A stretch of 64,000 nucleotides of DNA from positions 186,001-250,000 of the forward strand of contig DF236970.1 of assembly GCA_000708835.1 (NCBI GenBank), written 5' to 3'. The DNA comes from Klebsormidium nitens (taxonomy: Eukaryota; Plantae; Klebsormidiophyceae). The notes beneath the pieces are model-generated. The model was given only the letters and a program-made list of their open reading frames with translations. It was not told the DNA's origin and searched no databases. Made by a program: the position numbers and the translations under genes. Position 1 is the stretch's first letter. Every line of letters begins with the position of its first letter. This document shows positions 25,795 to 37,732 of the stretch, in pieces.

Positions 25795-28677
25795 TTTGGA
25801 GCATCTGTTGCTGATAAAGAAATCTTTAGGACGACCGCTTACAGGCTTCTTTGTTTGGCTGGACGAACGACGCTTTGTGCAAAGCTTTCTTCGCTGAGTG
25901 AAAGAGGTCCAGCTGCTAGCTGCATGCTTTTTTGAGCTCGACAGTGCGTTCAAGAACCAGTGGAAGCTTCTTCCTTAGACCCAAACCAGTCCCGAAAAGG
26001 GCTGGCCAAGGATTCAAAATAGTCGGAGGTAAGGTCGGCCTTTCTGCGAAGGCATCCTGCTTCTCAGAGCGCGTTGCAAGCAGATTCCGGCAAGTGCCGA
26101 CCACACGGACTGATTCAGAGTATCTCTTCATGAGTTGACGAGATGCGACTACCAGCAAGCTCTGACTACCCATTCTCAATTCAGCGGCCCTTCCAACATA
26201 TCAGACAAATAATGGGAGGTCCCTTCTTCTGCTCAAGAGTCAAACTCTCGGGTGGCTTTTACAGGCTGTCAAGTCTTACCCTTAAGCCAGCCTAGACATA
26301 CAGCGACGATGATTCAAACTTGTATGAGAGTCAGAAAGTCGTTCCTTTTCAAATCTCCATCCATTCTTGTGTTGATGTCCTACATTTCAAACGACTTTGG
26401 ATCGTGAACGACTAGGACCAGCTTCCTTCTCCAGTACTTCTCCTTGAATGCTCGAAGTCGAATATCTGTATTTAGATATACCTAAGAGTAGCAACATCTT
26501 GTTCCGCATTGTCAGCCAAGGGTGACAATGGAATAGTTGATTTTACTAAGCAATTGAGTGACTCGACCATTGAGATGCATAACCTTCTTACCTTAAAGTC
26601 TCGACAAGCTTAGGTCACTGCTGACAAGGTTGCTTTGTTTTTCCAATCACCTTTCTTTCTGTTCTTGATCTTCAATGATTGGCTGGGACCAAAGATGTAC
26701 GATCCGCAACGTAGTTTGGGGCACGCATCTCATAATGCTCACTTCTTCCTTGCTGAGGACCGCTTGCCTCGAAAATATCGAATAGCGACAATGAGTCATC
26801 ACATCCTTACCTTGACAATAAGCATTTTTAGGTACTGTACTGTCGTCACCATATCTTCTGCGCACAGGAAGGAAACGAAGTCATCATGTCTACAGTGCCA
26901 GATTTGATGAAATTCGAGTACTTCATATTAGTACTGAGTGACACTCTTGTGGACCTACTTTATACAGATTACATAGACATAGCCATGAATTCTGAGTTGG
27001 CAAGCAGTTGCTAAAGAAGGGGAGAGTGTCTGTTCAACCCACATATCAGATTCTAAGCAAAACAGGACATGCCTTTGCCCAAGTCGCCGTTACCCCCATA
27101 TTATTACCACCTGTCCTCTTCGATTTGCTCACTAGAATTACAATTCACCACTGTCCAACTTCACTTCAAGTATACAGCCACTCATCAAGTAACAAGCTAC
27201 CACCAAGTTTGTGGACAGAAAGCGGTTGAATGAGCACGAAGTAATAATCGTTTTATGAAGCTTCTAGCTTTGAGGCAAACTCCCAATAGATTGGCAGCGT
27301 GAATACGGGTGGCTTCTAATGATAAACCAAGCGGGCTCGCCAAGTCTGTAAGACTAATGTCCTTCGAAAGCCCTGTATGGGGCATTATAAAAGCGTGCAG
27401 AACGATCCTTGCTTCAAGAAGGGGACTTCAATGAGGACGATCGATGTCAGCGTGACGGTTCTACCACTTTATTTGCGCGAAACGACATCAAGGAATACCT
27501 TCTGCAGCCTGACAGAAGAGATTCACAACCCGAGATATTCAGTGTGCCGAAAGACTGTCCATCAACTTCGTACCTCAGAAACGAGTCGAACGAAGCAATC
27601 TGCGTGTCAATCCAGCCCAAGAGCTTCTTTACTACCAGGCCTATCAAAGCCTCGGAAGGCGCAGTCATGACTAGTACGTTGAGAAATTGTAGCGTTTCTT
27701 GCAATTTCGGAGCCGTCGGAACAGTTGGATTCTTCCGCACTGAACGCGGGCCCGACCTTTTTTAGTATACCGCACTGAGGAGACGATACGAGCAACTTTG
27801 TTGCTCTCAGGTGCGGTCCAGAACGAACTCTAGCTGGGCCCGCTGCTGCATGGAGCCTGTCAATGAGTTGAGCTCTCGTTTCCATGCGTTCAGCAACCAA
27901 TATGGAGCAACCATGAGTTGACCTCACTTATATGCAATATTGCCAAGAGCTGTAGCTTGTAGCTAGGCGGCGCATGCATGGACGTGCATGGATGACTTGC
28001 ATGTCTCTGTATATGAAATATAATATCGATCATGTGCCTGAAGGTTGGTAACCAAAATCTCTTGCACATGCGCGCATGCATTAATTGTAAAATCGGGGCG
28101 CCGGCGGCCAGACCGTCTAGACGGTCATGCGTCTGCGCGTAAGGTGCACTATAGCCTGCTAGTCGGACGCTTCTGCGATCGGCGCGTCGGCTTTGGTAAG
28201 GTCGATCATATATGTGCGGCGCCATACAATCGACCTTCCAAAAGTCACGACGCTGCATTGATATCCCTGCAGCTGGCCGGCCCCGCATGAAAGAATTGAA
28301 GATTGCAATTAAGGTATCATTGGAACCCGTTTTTTCCATCCCATCGCCGACATAGTTCCATGAAGCTTCCGCGGTGTGCTCCGATCAACACTGCACTGTT
28401 GCATGGCGCATTCCGATTGAGGGCCAACTTAAACCTTAAAAGACGTGCGGTTTCCAGGAACTAAGAGACATAGTCAAATCATAGCTTGGCTATTCTGACC
28501 TTCCTAACCCCCATCACCCCCTGCTGAGGTTTGAACCAGACTCAACTTCATCGAATTTATCCACCGACACAAAATCTCGCACGCTAGAAGCCCACCGTTA
28601 ACCTGATCTCGTCATACATAAACTCGCTTCTCGCCTGCGTGAAAACAGCACCTTTTATCACCAAGCCAGGTCTCGCA

Positions 28678-31600
28678 TCACTTCCCGAAGTTTTGCCTCT
28701 TCACGGCCCTCTCTTCCGAAGGCTCGGGCCTCCCGGGCAGGCCGTCCCCCGGTCTCCCCGGCTCCGGCAGCGGCCCAAACCGCGTCTTGAACTCCTGCTT
28801 GAGCTCCCCGGCGACCCGCGTTATGTCCCCCCCGACCAGCGTGTCGCTCTCCATGATCCACGTCGCGCACTGCTCCTCGATCTCGCGCCTCTTGCGCGCG
28901 AAGTGCTCGGCGATGACGTCAGCAAAGGCGGGGGGCGGCTTGCGCAGCTGGTTGAGGATCGCCTGCTGGAGGCAGTGCCGCCGGATGTTGGCGTTGTACT
29001 GCTGCGACATGGCGGCCTGAAGGTGCAGCTCGTGGCCTGCGAACGGAAGAGAACGGAACCCTGAGAAGCGGAATTCGTTGGGCGGAGTTGGGTTGAATCA
29101 ATCTGACGTTGTACTGCGTGGCCTGCAAACGGAAGGAACGGAATCGTGAGTAGCGGTATTCCGTTGGGCGGAATCAGGGAGATACGATTTGGCGTTGTAC
29201 TGCTGCGACATGACGGCCTGGAGGTGCAGCTCGTGGCCTGCAAATGGGCGGGAGGCGGAATGCTGAGGAACTGACTTGTGGTGGGCGGAAGCTGAAGGAA
29301 ATTGTCAATCTCGGTTAAGGCCGGTTGCAGCTGCAACTTGTGGCCTGCAAAGTGAGGGCCGAGGCGAACCGGTGCTACGAAATGTTTTTGGGCGGAAACA
29401 AAGCTCGGACACTTGATCGAGTCGTCACCGACATGTCTGCATCAAGTGGACGGCGCCACCACGAAGGACAATGGACAGGAGTTGTCCTTCCCAACGTACG
29501 ACTCCAGCTATTCTTTTCATCGCCCTCAGAATGCGATTTAGTCATGGGCGAACGTAACCCGCAAAGATACCAAAGACAAAAATGATGAAGCGAACATAAT
29601 CGAAGCGACCTTACCGAAGCAAACCTGATCGAAGCAACAGAACGAGGAATCTGATCGAAAATGACGTGACCGAAGCAGACTTTCAAAAGATCCCACCTGG
29701 CTCATTGTAGTAGGGCTCCGCGACAAAGATGAACGACTGGATGGACACGAGCACTTGGAGCAGCGTCGACTCGAACGGCTTCCACCCGGGGCCCGACCAC
29801 GTGCCCAACAAACTGAGGCACACTTTGCCGCACTCGTACAGGTTCGGGTTGAACCGCACGGACCCCCCCCCGGTTGTGAGCAGCTGGAATTTCGGCGCGA
29901 CGGCGGGGTAGTTTGGCGGAAGGAGCACGTCAAAGAGAAAGGCGCCGTTGGCGTATGGGGTCTCGGCGGGGGCCAGGATGAGCGCCTTGAGGACGTGCGT
30001 CTGGTGGGGGTCCACTCTGCGGGGCGGATGAGAAGGAGGGTTAGGTTTGCAAGTTGGGTCTGCGACCGAGGTTTGCGATTTACATTTGCGAGTTGGGTTT
30101 GCGAGTTGGGTTTGGCGGGCTGATTAGCCTTGCGGAGATATCTGGCGGTTTCACAGCGCCACAATTGTGCTGAGAGGACGTGCGTCTGGCGTGGGTCCAC
30201 TCTGCGGGGCGGATGAGGGGGAGGGTTAGGTTTGCGGGTTGGGGTTTGCGAGTTGGTTTTGCAGTCTGATCAGTTCTGCGGCGATATTGGCAGATTCGGA
30301 TGCGTCGTAAAGACGTGCCTCTGGTGGGGTCCACCTTGGGACGCGGAGGAGGAAGGCGGTTAGATTTGCGGGTTAACCAGGTCTGCGGGTTGACTAGACG
30401 GTTTTTTGGAGGCCAGGAGTGGGCTTGACGTAAAGAAAGAGAAGATTCAGTCATCTTGAAATGTTGATCAAGATGCGGGTCTGACTTTTGTGAGTTGAGC
30501 TGGGGGTTCAAAGTTTAGAAAGGGGGGTCAACAGAAGGGCGGTTTTCAGGACGACTATTTTCGAGGTCGTGCAACGTCTTGACGGAATTACAGACCGCGC
30601 ACCGAGTTTGTTCTCATCCACCATTTCAAGACCACAAGGACTGCTTGCCAGGGATATGACAGCTTCCTTCTTCCAACACCAGCTCAAAATTACCTCGAGG
30701 CAAAAGGAAGAGGTGACGAAGACGCACAGCAGGCAACATAGACCTTCTTTCCAACGCCAATGCAATTGCCGTACTTCCAATCCTGAGTCTAGTTCACCAA
30801 CATCAAACTAAAAACCAAAGTTGATTCATCGAACATAGTTCTTGACCAGCAGAAACTGCGGTGCTTCACCTGATGTGGATGGACGAATCCCACTCGAGCG
30901 GCAGCGACTCCGCCAGGTTGGCCAGTTCCTTCATCACGTGCTTCTGGTGCTGCGGCAGAGCCGCCGCGCCGCCCCCGGAACTCGAGGACGCGCCTTGCCG
31001 GGAGAAGTAGTGGCCACTGCTGATCGGCGCTTCCTGGAGTTGGGGGGAAAAAAACTTTTAAGTTGGTGTGAACAACTCTCAGTGGTTAGATTTTTGGTGC
31101 TCTGCCAGTATTAACGCCGTTCTCCAACCCAACTTCGAGAAGCGCCTTGCCGGGAGAAGTAGTGCCATTGCTAAGCGGCGCTTCCTGGGATCGCAGAGCG
31201 AAAAAGCATATCAAGGTAGGCAGATCTTGTTTTTATCATCCAAAAGAGAGTCCCCGCTAAACCCGTCGGAGCTTGTAATCGTGCATCGTGCATTGCTGCG
31301 CAAAGTAGTGACCAATACTTACGGGCGCTTCCTGAGGTGACGAAAAGAACAAACATCAGCTGGCTTCAAATAACTTTTAAAGTGTGTTGTCTGAAGCTGC
31401 ATTGTCACTGGACCCAACCAGAGCTCTAGCACCCCTTCCAAAGCGAACAGTAACCACGAGACCCCCCACTTACCAGAAACTGCTTCGGCTTGAGCGCCGC
31501 CTTGTACGCCTCCTTCTCCGCGTCCCGCCTCGCGCTCGCCGCGCCGTCGCCCGCGTCCGCCTCCTCCATCCCCTCGCCCTCGTCATCGCTGTCGTCATCC

Positions 31601-34600
31601 TTCTCCTGCTTCCGCTTCCACGCGGCCTCGGAGTCCGTCCACTCCTCACTCCCCCACAGGTACGCGTACGTCCCCTTGATGACGTTAGTCAGGTCGCCGC
31701 CAGCATCCGGCGACGCGCTCGGGCCCGCGACCGCGACGGACGACGAGCCGGCCCCCCCGCCGCGACCGAAAAACGCGTTCCGGATCGTGCGCCCGACGGA
31801 CCGCCCGCTTTTCGAAACGTCGGAGTTGAGCTCGACGAGCGCCGCGATCAGCCGGCTCCCCGCGGTGGTGCTCGCCGCGGCTTTCGTCGTGAAGAGGTCC
31901 GAGAAGAGCAGCCCGCGCGTGCCGGCGTCGCCCGCCAGCTGGCGCAGGAGCATGAGGTAGTGACGTGGCAGCGCGGAGCGGCCTTTGCCGAAGTCGAAGG
32001 GGTTGCCGGTGCCGGTGTTCCAGAATCCGAGGGGGTGAGATTGGAGGCCAAATTGCAGGAGGCGCCGGAAAGGCCGGGACTGGCGCAGGAGGGAGCACGC
32101 GCCAAGGGGGAGAGGGGCGGGCTCGGAGAAGGGGCCGTCTGGGGAGGGGGACGAGGCGATAGGGGCGCCGAAGCGGTCTGCAAAGAAGATGGGTGAGAGT
32201 GATGCAGATGAATGATGGAGATGAACGATGGAGATAAATCCTGAAAAGGACTTTAACTGTAATGAAGAGGTCGCTGGGGAAGGGAACGAGGTGATAGGGG
32301 CGCTGACGCGGTGATAGGGGCGCTGACGCGGTCTGGAAAGAAGAAGGGGAAAGTTTGAGAACAAATGAGGATGATGAACATAGACGATTAAACGAATCAT
32401 GAACGGTTTGTGGGTTATGAAGCTGCGAGTAATTGCAGGGGCGGTCGGCTAGAGCGGGTGGCGTGACGGGCCGGCAAAAGCAGTCAACAGAGAGGCACGT
32501 CGTCATATTAAACCAGGTCGTTGTGACGTCATAAGCAGCGGCAGAGTATTATGGCCGGTCCCCATTCGCACTGGATCGAGCGAAACCCATGCGGCCCTTA
32601 CGCAAAAATCGCCGATAGAACCCAAAACATCCCTTTCTTTCCACCATACGCCCCGCAAATGATTACAAATCCCACGAACGCTGACAAAAGAAAGATCATG
32701 GAAAAACAAAGTCAGCGACGTTGGGAAACGCGAAGAAGATTCTTCCCCTACCTCTGCTTGCGGAGAGCTCCAACGATTGGACCAGCAACTCCGCGACCGG
32801 CTCGATTGCTGAGTCCCCGGTGCTCCTTTCCAGGAGCTCGCCTTGCTTCAGTGTGACGAAGTGGTGACGCGTGTAGTGACCGCTGCCGTAGAAAGCGCTG
32901 CGATCGTCGTCGCCACCATAGCCTGCGGCAGTCAATAGCGCACGGTGTTCTCGTCTACTTTTTGATTACATTCTTCTTCGACTCTACTTGATGTCCATTG
33001 CATTAGGATTGTTGAATCTGGTTTCACTTCGCAGGTATTGTAGAGGTGTAAAGCAGAGGGGTATTTGTACAAGAGGTTGAATTCACTCTGGAAAACTGTC
33101 TGAGAAAAAACCTGAGTAGATGTCTGAATGAAAAGAATCCTGAATATTGCATAGAATGCTCAAAATATTGCAGATAACGAACGCGGCTGCAGACGAACGA
33201 TAGTATGCAATTTCTCTGAAGCAATTTTCTCGACACCTGCAAGTACCTCGTGCGATCACATTTGCACCGAATGAAATCTTCAGACCCGGAACACTGCTGG
33301 CCTTCCGTAACAAGATCCCACCGGGACGGACTCACCCGTTCCTTTTGCCCAGACCGCCCCCGCCCCCCGCTCCGCATCCCGCTTGGCGACCGTCTTCTCC
33401 ACGCTGCCCACTCCGACGTCGCCCTTTTCCGCCTTGTTGCGCGGCCAGTTGGCGTAAACTTCCGGGTATTTGTCCCACTCGAAGTCGAGCCGCCGAAGGG
33501 CATGGAACACCGCCCACGATTGCCATTGGCTGCACGTGCCCGGATGACCGCCGTTTGACGTACTCGCCCCGTTGCTGCAGAATGAGGAAGGTGTGGTGAG
33601 AGAAGAGTGCGAACACTGCAGTATTTGAACGTTTGCTCCCTCGTTTGAACGACTGGCCTCGCCGTAGAAAAATTGAAAGGCAGTATTCAGGGTACAACCG
33701 TGGATACTACTGACTTCTGGTTGCAATTGCATCAGGGCCGCGTTTGACGTACTCGCCCCGTTGCTGCGAAAGAAGTAAGGTATGGTGAGAAAGGAGTGCA
33801 AACACTGCCGTGACTGATCCTTTGTGCCACGGTTTGAAGTACCGGCCTCGTTATTGAGAAGTGAAGAAATATCCTACGGTCTAAAAAGCAGATACCGTGG
33901 GTTCTGGTTGCAAGTGCCGTGGGCATCGCCTTTGCTGCAAAATGAAGGAGAATTCTGTAAGGAAGAATTGCACAAAACGCGTTAGAATAATTGCTCGCGC
34001 CGTTGGGACCGTCGTTCAATATACTGACCTTTGCAGAAGAGAAGAAAAGATCGAAGTTAAGGCCTCAAGTGCTGCGGCCTCAAGAGTACTCGCCCCGTTA
34101 CTGCAAACTAAAGCAGAATTCTGTACAGGAGAAGCGCAGATACTGCGCAATCTGATTGCTTATGCCTCACCCCGATTCAAGTACTGAACGCGTCGCTACG
34201 AAATGAAGGAAGATCCGCTGTATAATCCAAACTCAAGGATGGAGAACATGGACCTCGGTCACTGGTTTCGAACCCCGCCTTGGCTACCTCTTCTTCAACC
34301 GACGGTTAAGATGCGTCAGACTGCTGAACCTGGCCGTCGATGCAAGGATTGACGTTCAAGGCGGGGTTAAGAGTTCGGCGACGAAGTCCATGTTCTCCAT
34401 TCCCGGGCTGCATGCCGGAGACGCTTATGCTTGGCGACTCTCGAAGGAAAACGCAATGCTGACGTAGGCATCCAGTGGCCCACCTTTTGCTGCGCCCGTC
34501 ATCCCGGTACCCGCACGCGTTGCACACCCTCGCCGCGCACGACGTGCAAAAGTGCCACACGTGCCGCTCCGCTGACGTCATGCTCGGCAGGGGCGGCGCC

Positions 34601-37008
34601 TGGGGCAGGATCGACTGATCGTTCGGAAGCGCGGTCTCGGGGCCTTTGTCTTTCGACTCTATTGATGGGGGGCCGGTGTTTGCAGGTGTCGTGGGGGTGG
34701 CGACTTCAAACGGGGGGGGAGGTTGGAGGGGGATGCCGAGATAACTGGCAAGGCGCTGGGCGCCTTCGTCACGGCTGTCGGGGCAGGGTATGCCGTTGGC
34801 TTTCAGGGCCTTTGCAACTGCAGACATAGGCACGAGGACTTTTAGTAGGCGGATGGGTCTTCGCAGATGTCCCGCTTGGAAACGATTTTTTGGGTTGATA
34901 ACGAGTCGTTGCAAAACTCTTGCATGGAAAGGAGTCTTTGTATACCCCATGCTGACATGCGTAGGTATTCAAGTGTCGGAGAGAGCAGCTCACAGCGGCT
35001 CGTCGTATATGCGAAGAACCAGCCCAAATTCGTGATTCCCATGCACAACCCGCAGGAGATTGTAAATACTCAAAACCTGTGAGGAAGGTAGTCTCCTTCT
35101 GACTTGTGCGTCTCTGCGAAGGTCTCGAAGACTAGAATTTGTTCCCGCAACAATTTCTAATGAATGCCTGCAGGTCGTGTGTGCCTTTCCCGCCATACGC
35201 TCCACTATACTCACATTCCAGTTGCTAAATCAACTCAAACCAAAAGAGGTGAAACGGGGTGCGACCATCTAGATCTTAAGTGCTTATCAAGACCCAAGAC
35301 ACCCAACCACAGCCAACCACATAACAATCGAGGGCTCCAGAGAGTACTCCTCACTCTCTTGCATCGACCACAGGTGAAGGTCCGCCTCCGCCACGCACGT
35401 CTGCGTGCTCGTCCGGAGCCGGCAGGCGGCGTTGCTGCAAAACGTGCGCTCACACCGCGGCCCCAAGTTAGCGGGAGCCCCCGCAAACTGAGCCGTCCCT
35501 GCATCTGACGGGGCGTCGGGTATCGCGGTGTAGAGGTGCGTCAGTGCCTCCGCCTGCCACTCCCCAAACCGCCGCATCGACTGGATGCCGACGGCCGCCT
35601 CGGCGTCGCGCCAGCTCAGCGGGGTCTCGCAACTGGGAGAACGGGGGGCGATGAGAGAGTCTGTGTGGTTGGTGGATTGCGATGGAGGGGCGAAGAGGGT
35701 TCGGGGATTGGAAGTCAGAGAGAAGAGGCGCAAATGCGGGGGACACGATGGTGTGAAACACAATCAACCTCCAGGTGTAACAGGTGAATGATGGCAATAC
35801 GTGGGGACGAAGCGATTGTTGATTACGTTATGAAAGCAAGGCCTGTGAACAGCTCCGTTTGGCAGGGGGTGCTCAAGCTCACAAGCTGTCGATAGACTGG
35901 CGCTCACAATCGCAATCTGAAGTCTTTAGCCCTTGTTTGAAGCCCTTCAAACAGAGAAAATCAAGCAGCTCAACCCAGTATTGAGTTGGACCGCTCACCT
36001 CTCAAGAGGACACGTTAGGCGGAAGACATCACCATGAGTAGCCACATTTGCAAAGGGGATTGGCACCACCCTTGCCTCCACCCACTTTTTGAAGCAGGGG
36101 CGGCAGAAAGTGTCATTGCACTCAGGGATTGTGACGGCGCGCTTGAGTCGCACGCGCGAGTAGCATAGCATGCAGAGGCCGTGCTTGGAGATGGTGGGAA
36201 CAGGCTCTGGGGCGGCAGCTGTCATAAGAGTGTGAATGTGTCAGTGAGTGAGAATCTGGATCAGGCAAATGTTCTGGCTGGCGAAGGGTGATACTGCGGC
36301 ATGGCATTGGGGGAATCAGATGGCTGTTCAACCGCTGACATAAAAACCTGCGAGCAGGCAGTTGTCGACTTGGGCGAGGTTTGATTACTTAATAGATACG
36401 GACAAAACTCTGACGGACTCAACAGTTCCTGAAGAAGACTCCTGGAGGAGATGGTGCATGCAAGTGCAGCAGACTTTGGTGTCCATCTGATTTCATCTGT
36501 AGACTGTGCTGACACAGCAAACAAACCTTCTACTTCTCTACATTGAAACAGGCATCGCAGAGTCTGAAAGTTTCCATCAGATCTCTAAAGAAACAGTTGT
36601 GACCAATTGAGCAACTACACCACAACACAAGTATCACTCTCAGTTGTCACCATCGCTGTCGGCATCACATCAAGAAGTCAGGGCATGTTCAGAGAAGGTG
36701 AGAGACCAGGCTTCTGATGCCCCATAAATACACAGTGACCTGCCACCGAAATGCACTCTATGTTGAAACTTTGTTGAAAACCCCAAGAGCAAAGTGCACA
36801 GGAACAGCAGCGTCCTACCTTCCTCTTCAGCCGATTTTCCTCTGCACTCCCTGCATAGAGTGAAGTCCCAGGCATTGTCCCGGCCTTTGTTCAACTCCTC
36901 GCACTTTTGACACTTCTTTTCTACCGAAGGGTTTGGCGTCCCGCAGACTTCGCAGCGAGCACCTCCCTCGTTCTCAAATGTACAGGCAGAACAGGTCCAG
37001 GCTGCCAT
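28678..37008 (-). CDS. Multidomain ubiquitin-conjugating enzyme: N-terminal NZF/RanBP2 zinc finger, RING-like and IBR-like Cys/His modules, C-terminal BIRC6/UBE2Z-type UBC domain, ~992 aa
   Basis: complement(join(28678..29036,29697..30016,30870..31033,31474..32177,32752..32922,33336..33574,34484..34817,35355..35632,35999..36218,36819..37008)), all phases consistent. WTCSACTFENxxxxxCEVC; CMLC...CNDTFCRPC...CPLESC; FCTSC..VCNAC...HPGTC; WAKGTGYG; TPYANGAFLFD, RFNPNLYECGKVCLSLLGTW (catalytic Cys), LLQVLVSIQS...EPYYNEPG. Confidence 0.85.
29105..34110 (-). repeat. About ten exon-start echoes in UBC-fusion introns
   Basis: ~29105-29150, 29185-29245, 29320-29350 (exon 29036); 30170-30220, 30310-30350 (exon 30016); 31140-31190, 31310-31340 (exon 31033); 32290-32340 (exon 32177); 33740-33775, 34085-34110 (exon 33574). 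Confidence 0.8.
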
Positions 37009-37199
37009 GCCGGAAATCAACGTGCACACAAGTTCAGTGACACACTGCCCCTTCTTTTACGCGGTGCAACTCAGGAAGATGAAAGGAATGCTGGAGGGAT
37101 CATCAAAGGTCCACCACTACCTCAATTTTTCGTGAGAGAAAACGCCCCTCCTGTTGCACAAGACCTGACATCATCTGCATTGCCGCTCCCACTGATGCT

Positions 37200-37390
37200 G
37201 AAAAGCTGCCGCCCGCCGTGCTCCACTGCAGCGCGGCCGCCATGATGGCGGCTTTGCGGCCGCGCGTGAGTTTAAGAGGCAAACCCTGGCCAAACCCCGC
37301 GGTGCTGCTGTCGCGGCCGCGCGTGGCCGGGGCGCTCAGCCGTGCATGATTCTGCTCGAGCAGAGAGAGCCCATTTGCATGCATGACCTT
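37200..37390. promoter_or_regulatory. GC-rich GGCCGC/TGCATG patch in the divergent UBC-lipase intergenic region (putative promoter)
   Basis: Three gcggccgc(g) motifs plus tgcatgcatg between two head-to-head start codons (37008 and ~37733); similar patch at 12760-12900. Confidence 0.35.
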
Positions 37391-37732
37391 GGCACTTGAG
37401 AAACCTGCTTCCCAATTGAAATCACTTTCAATAGCAAAGTTCGTCTCAGAAAGAAGATTGCTGCACTCAGCGAATCAGCGGATCAGCAGCTATAACAGAA
37501 CACTAGGTTGATCAAAGCCTTAAAGGTGTTTTGAGGTTTGATGGAGAAATCGAGTCACCGCAGACATGCTGTCTTTTGAGAAGAGTGACGCTTGCGACCC
37601 TGATCGAAAAGTTCTGTCCAGTAGCCGCAGCTCTACATATCGGTAGGAGCAGCCTCTCTAAGCGTAGTTCTCTGCCTGCTAGCAGCTCACTCCATACATC
37701 CTGTGTCAATAGAAGGAGTTCGCAAAGCACAA

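Noticed and set aside
26790-26890. Two RTGATGA box C matches on the minus strand
   Set aside because: No CTGA box D or terminal stem at a suitable distance.
27409-27765. 118-aa ORF with CSVSCNFG, faintly like GT10 fucosyltransferases
   Set aside because: Similarity limited to a few residues; no supporting exons or splice pattern.
31384-32196. Long GC-rich plus-strand ORFs (270 aa etc.) over the UBC, GLOX and GT34 exons
   Set aside because: Antisense shadows of GC3-rich coding exons.
34250-34295. ggtttcgaaccccgcc resembling a tRNA T-arm/B-box (also ggttcgaac at ~5628)
   Set aside because: No cloverleaf, D-arm or acceptor stem could be formed.
36261-36524. Possible extra UBC exon (AQSTDEIRW...)
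   Set aside because: The flanking exons already join in phase and the candidate donor is weak.
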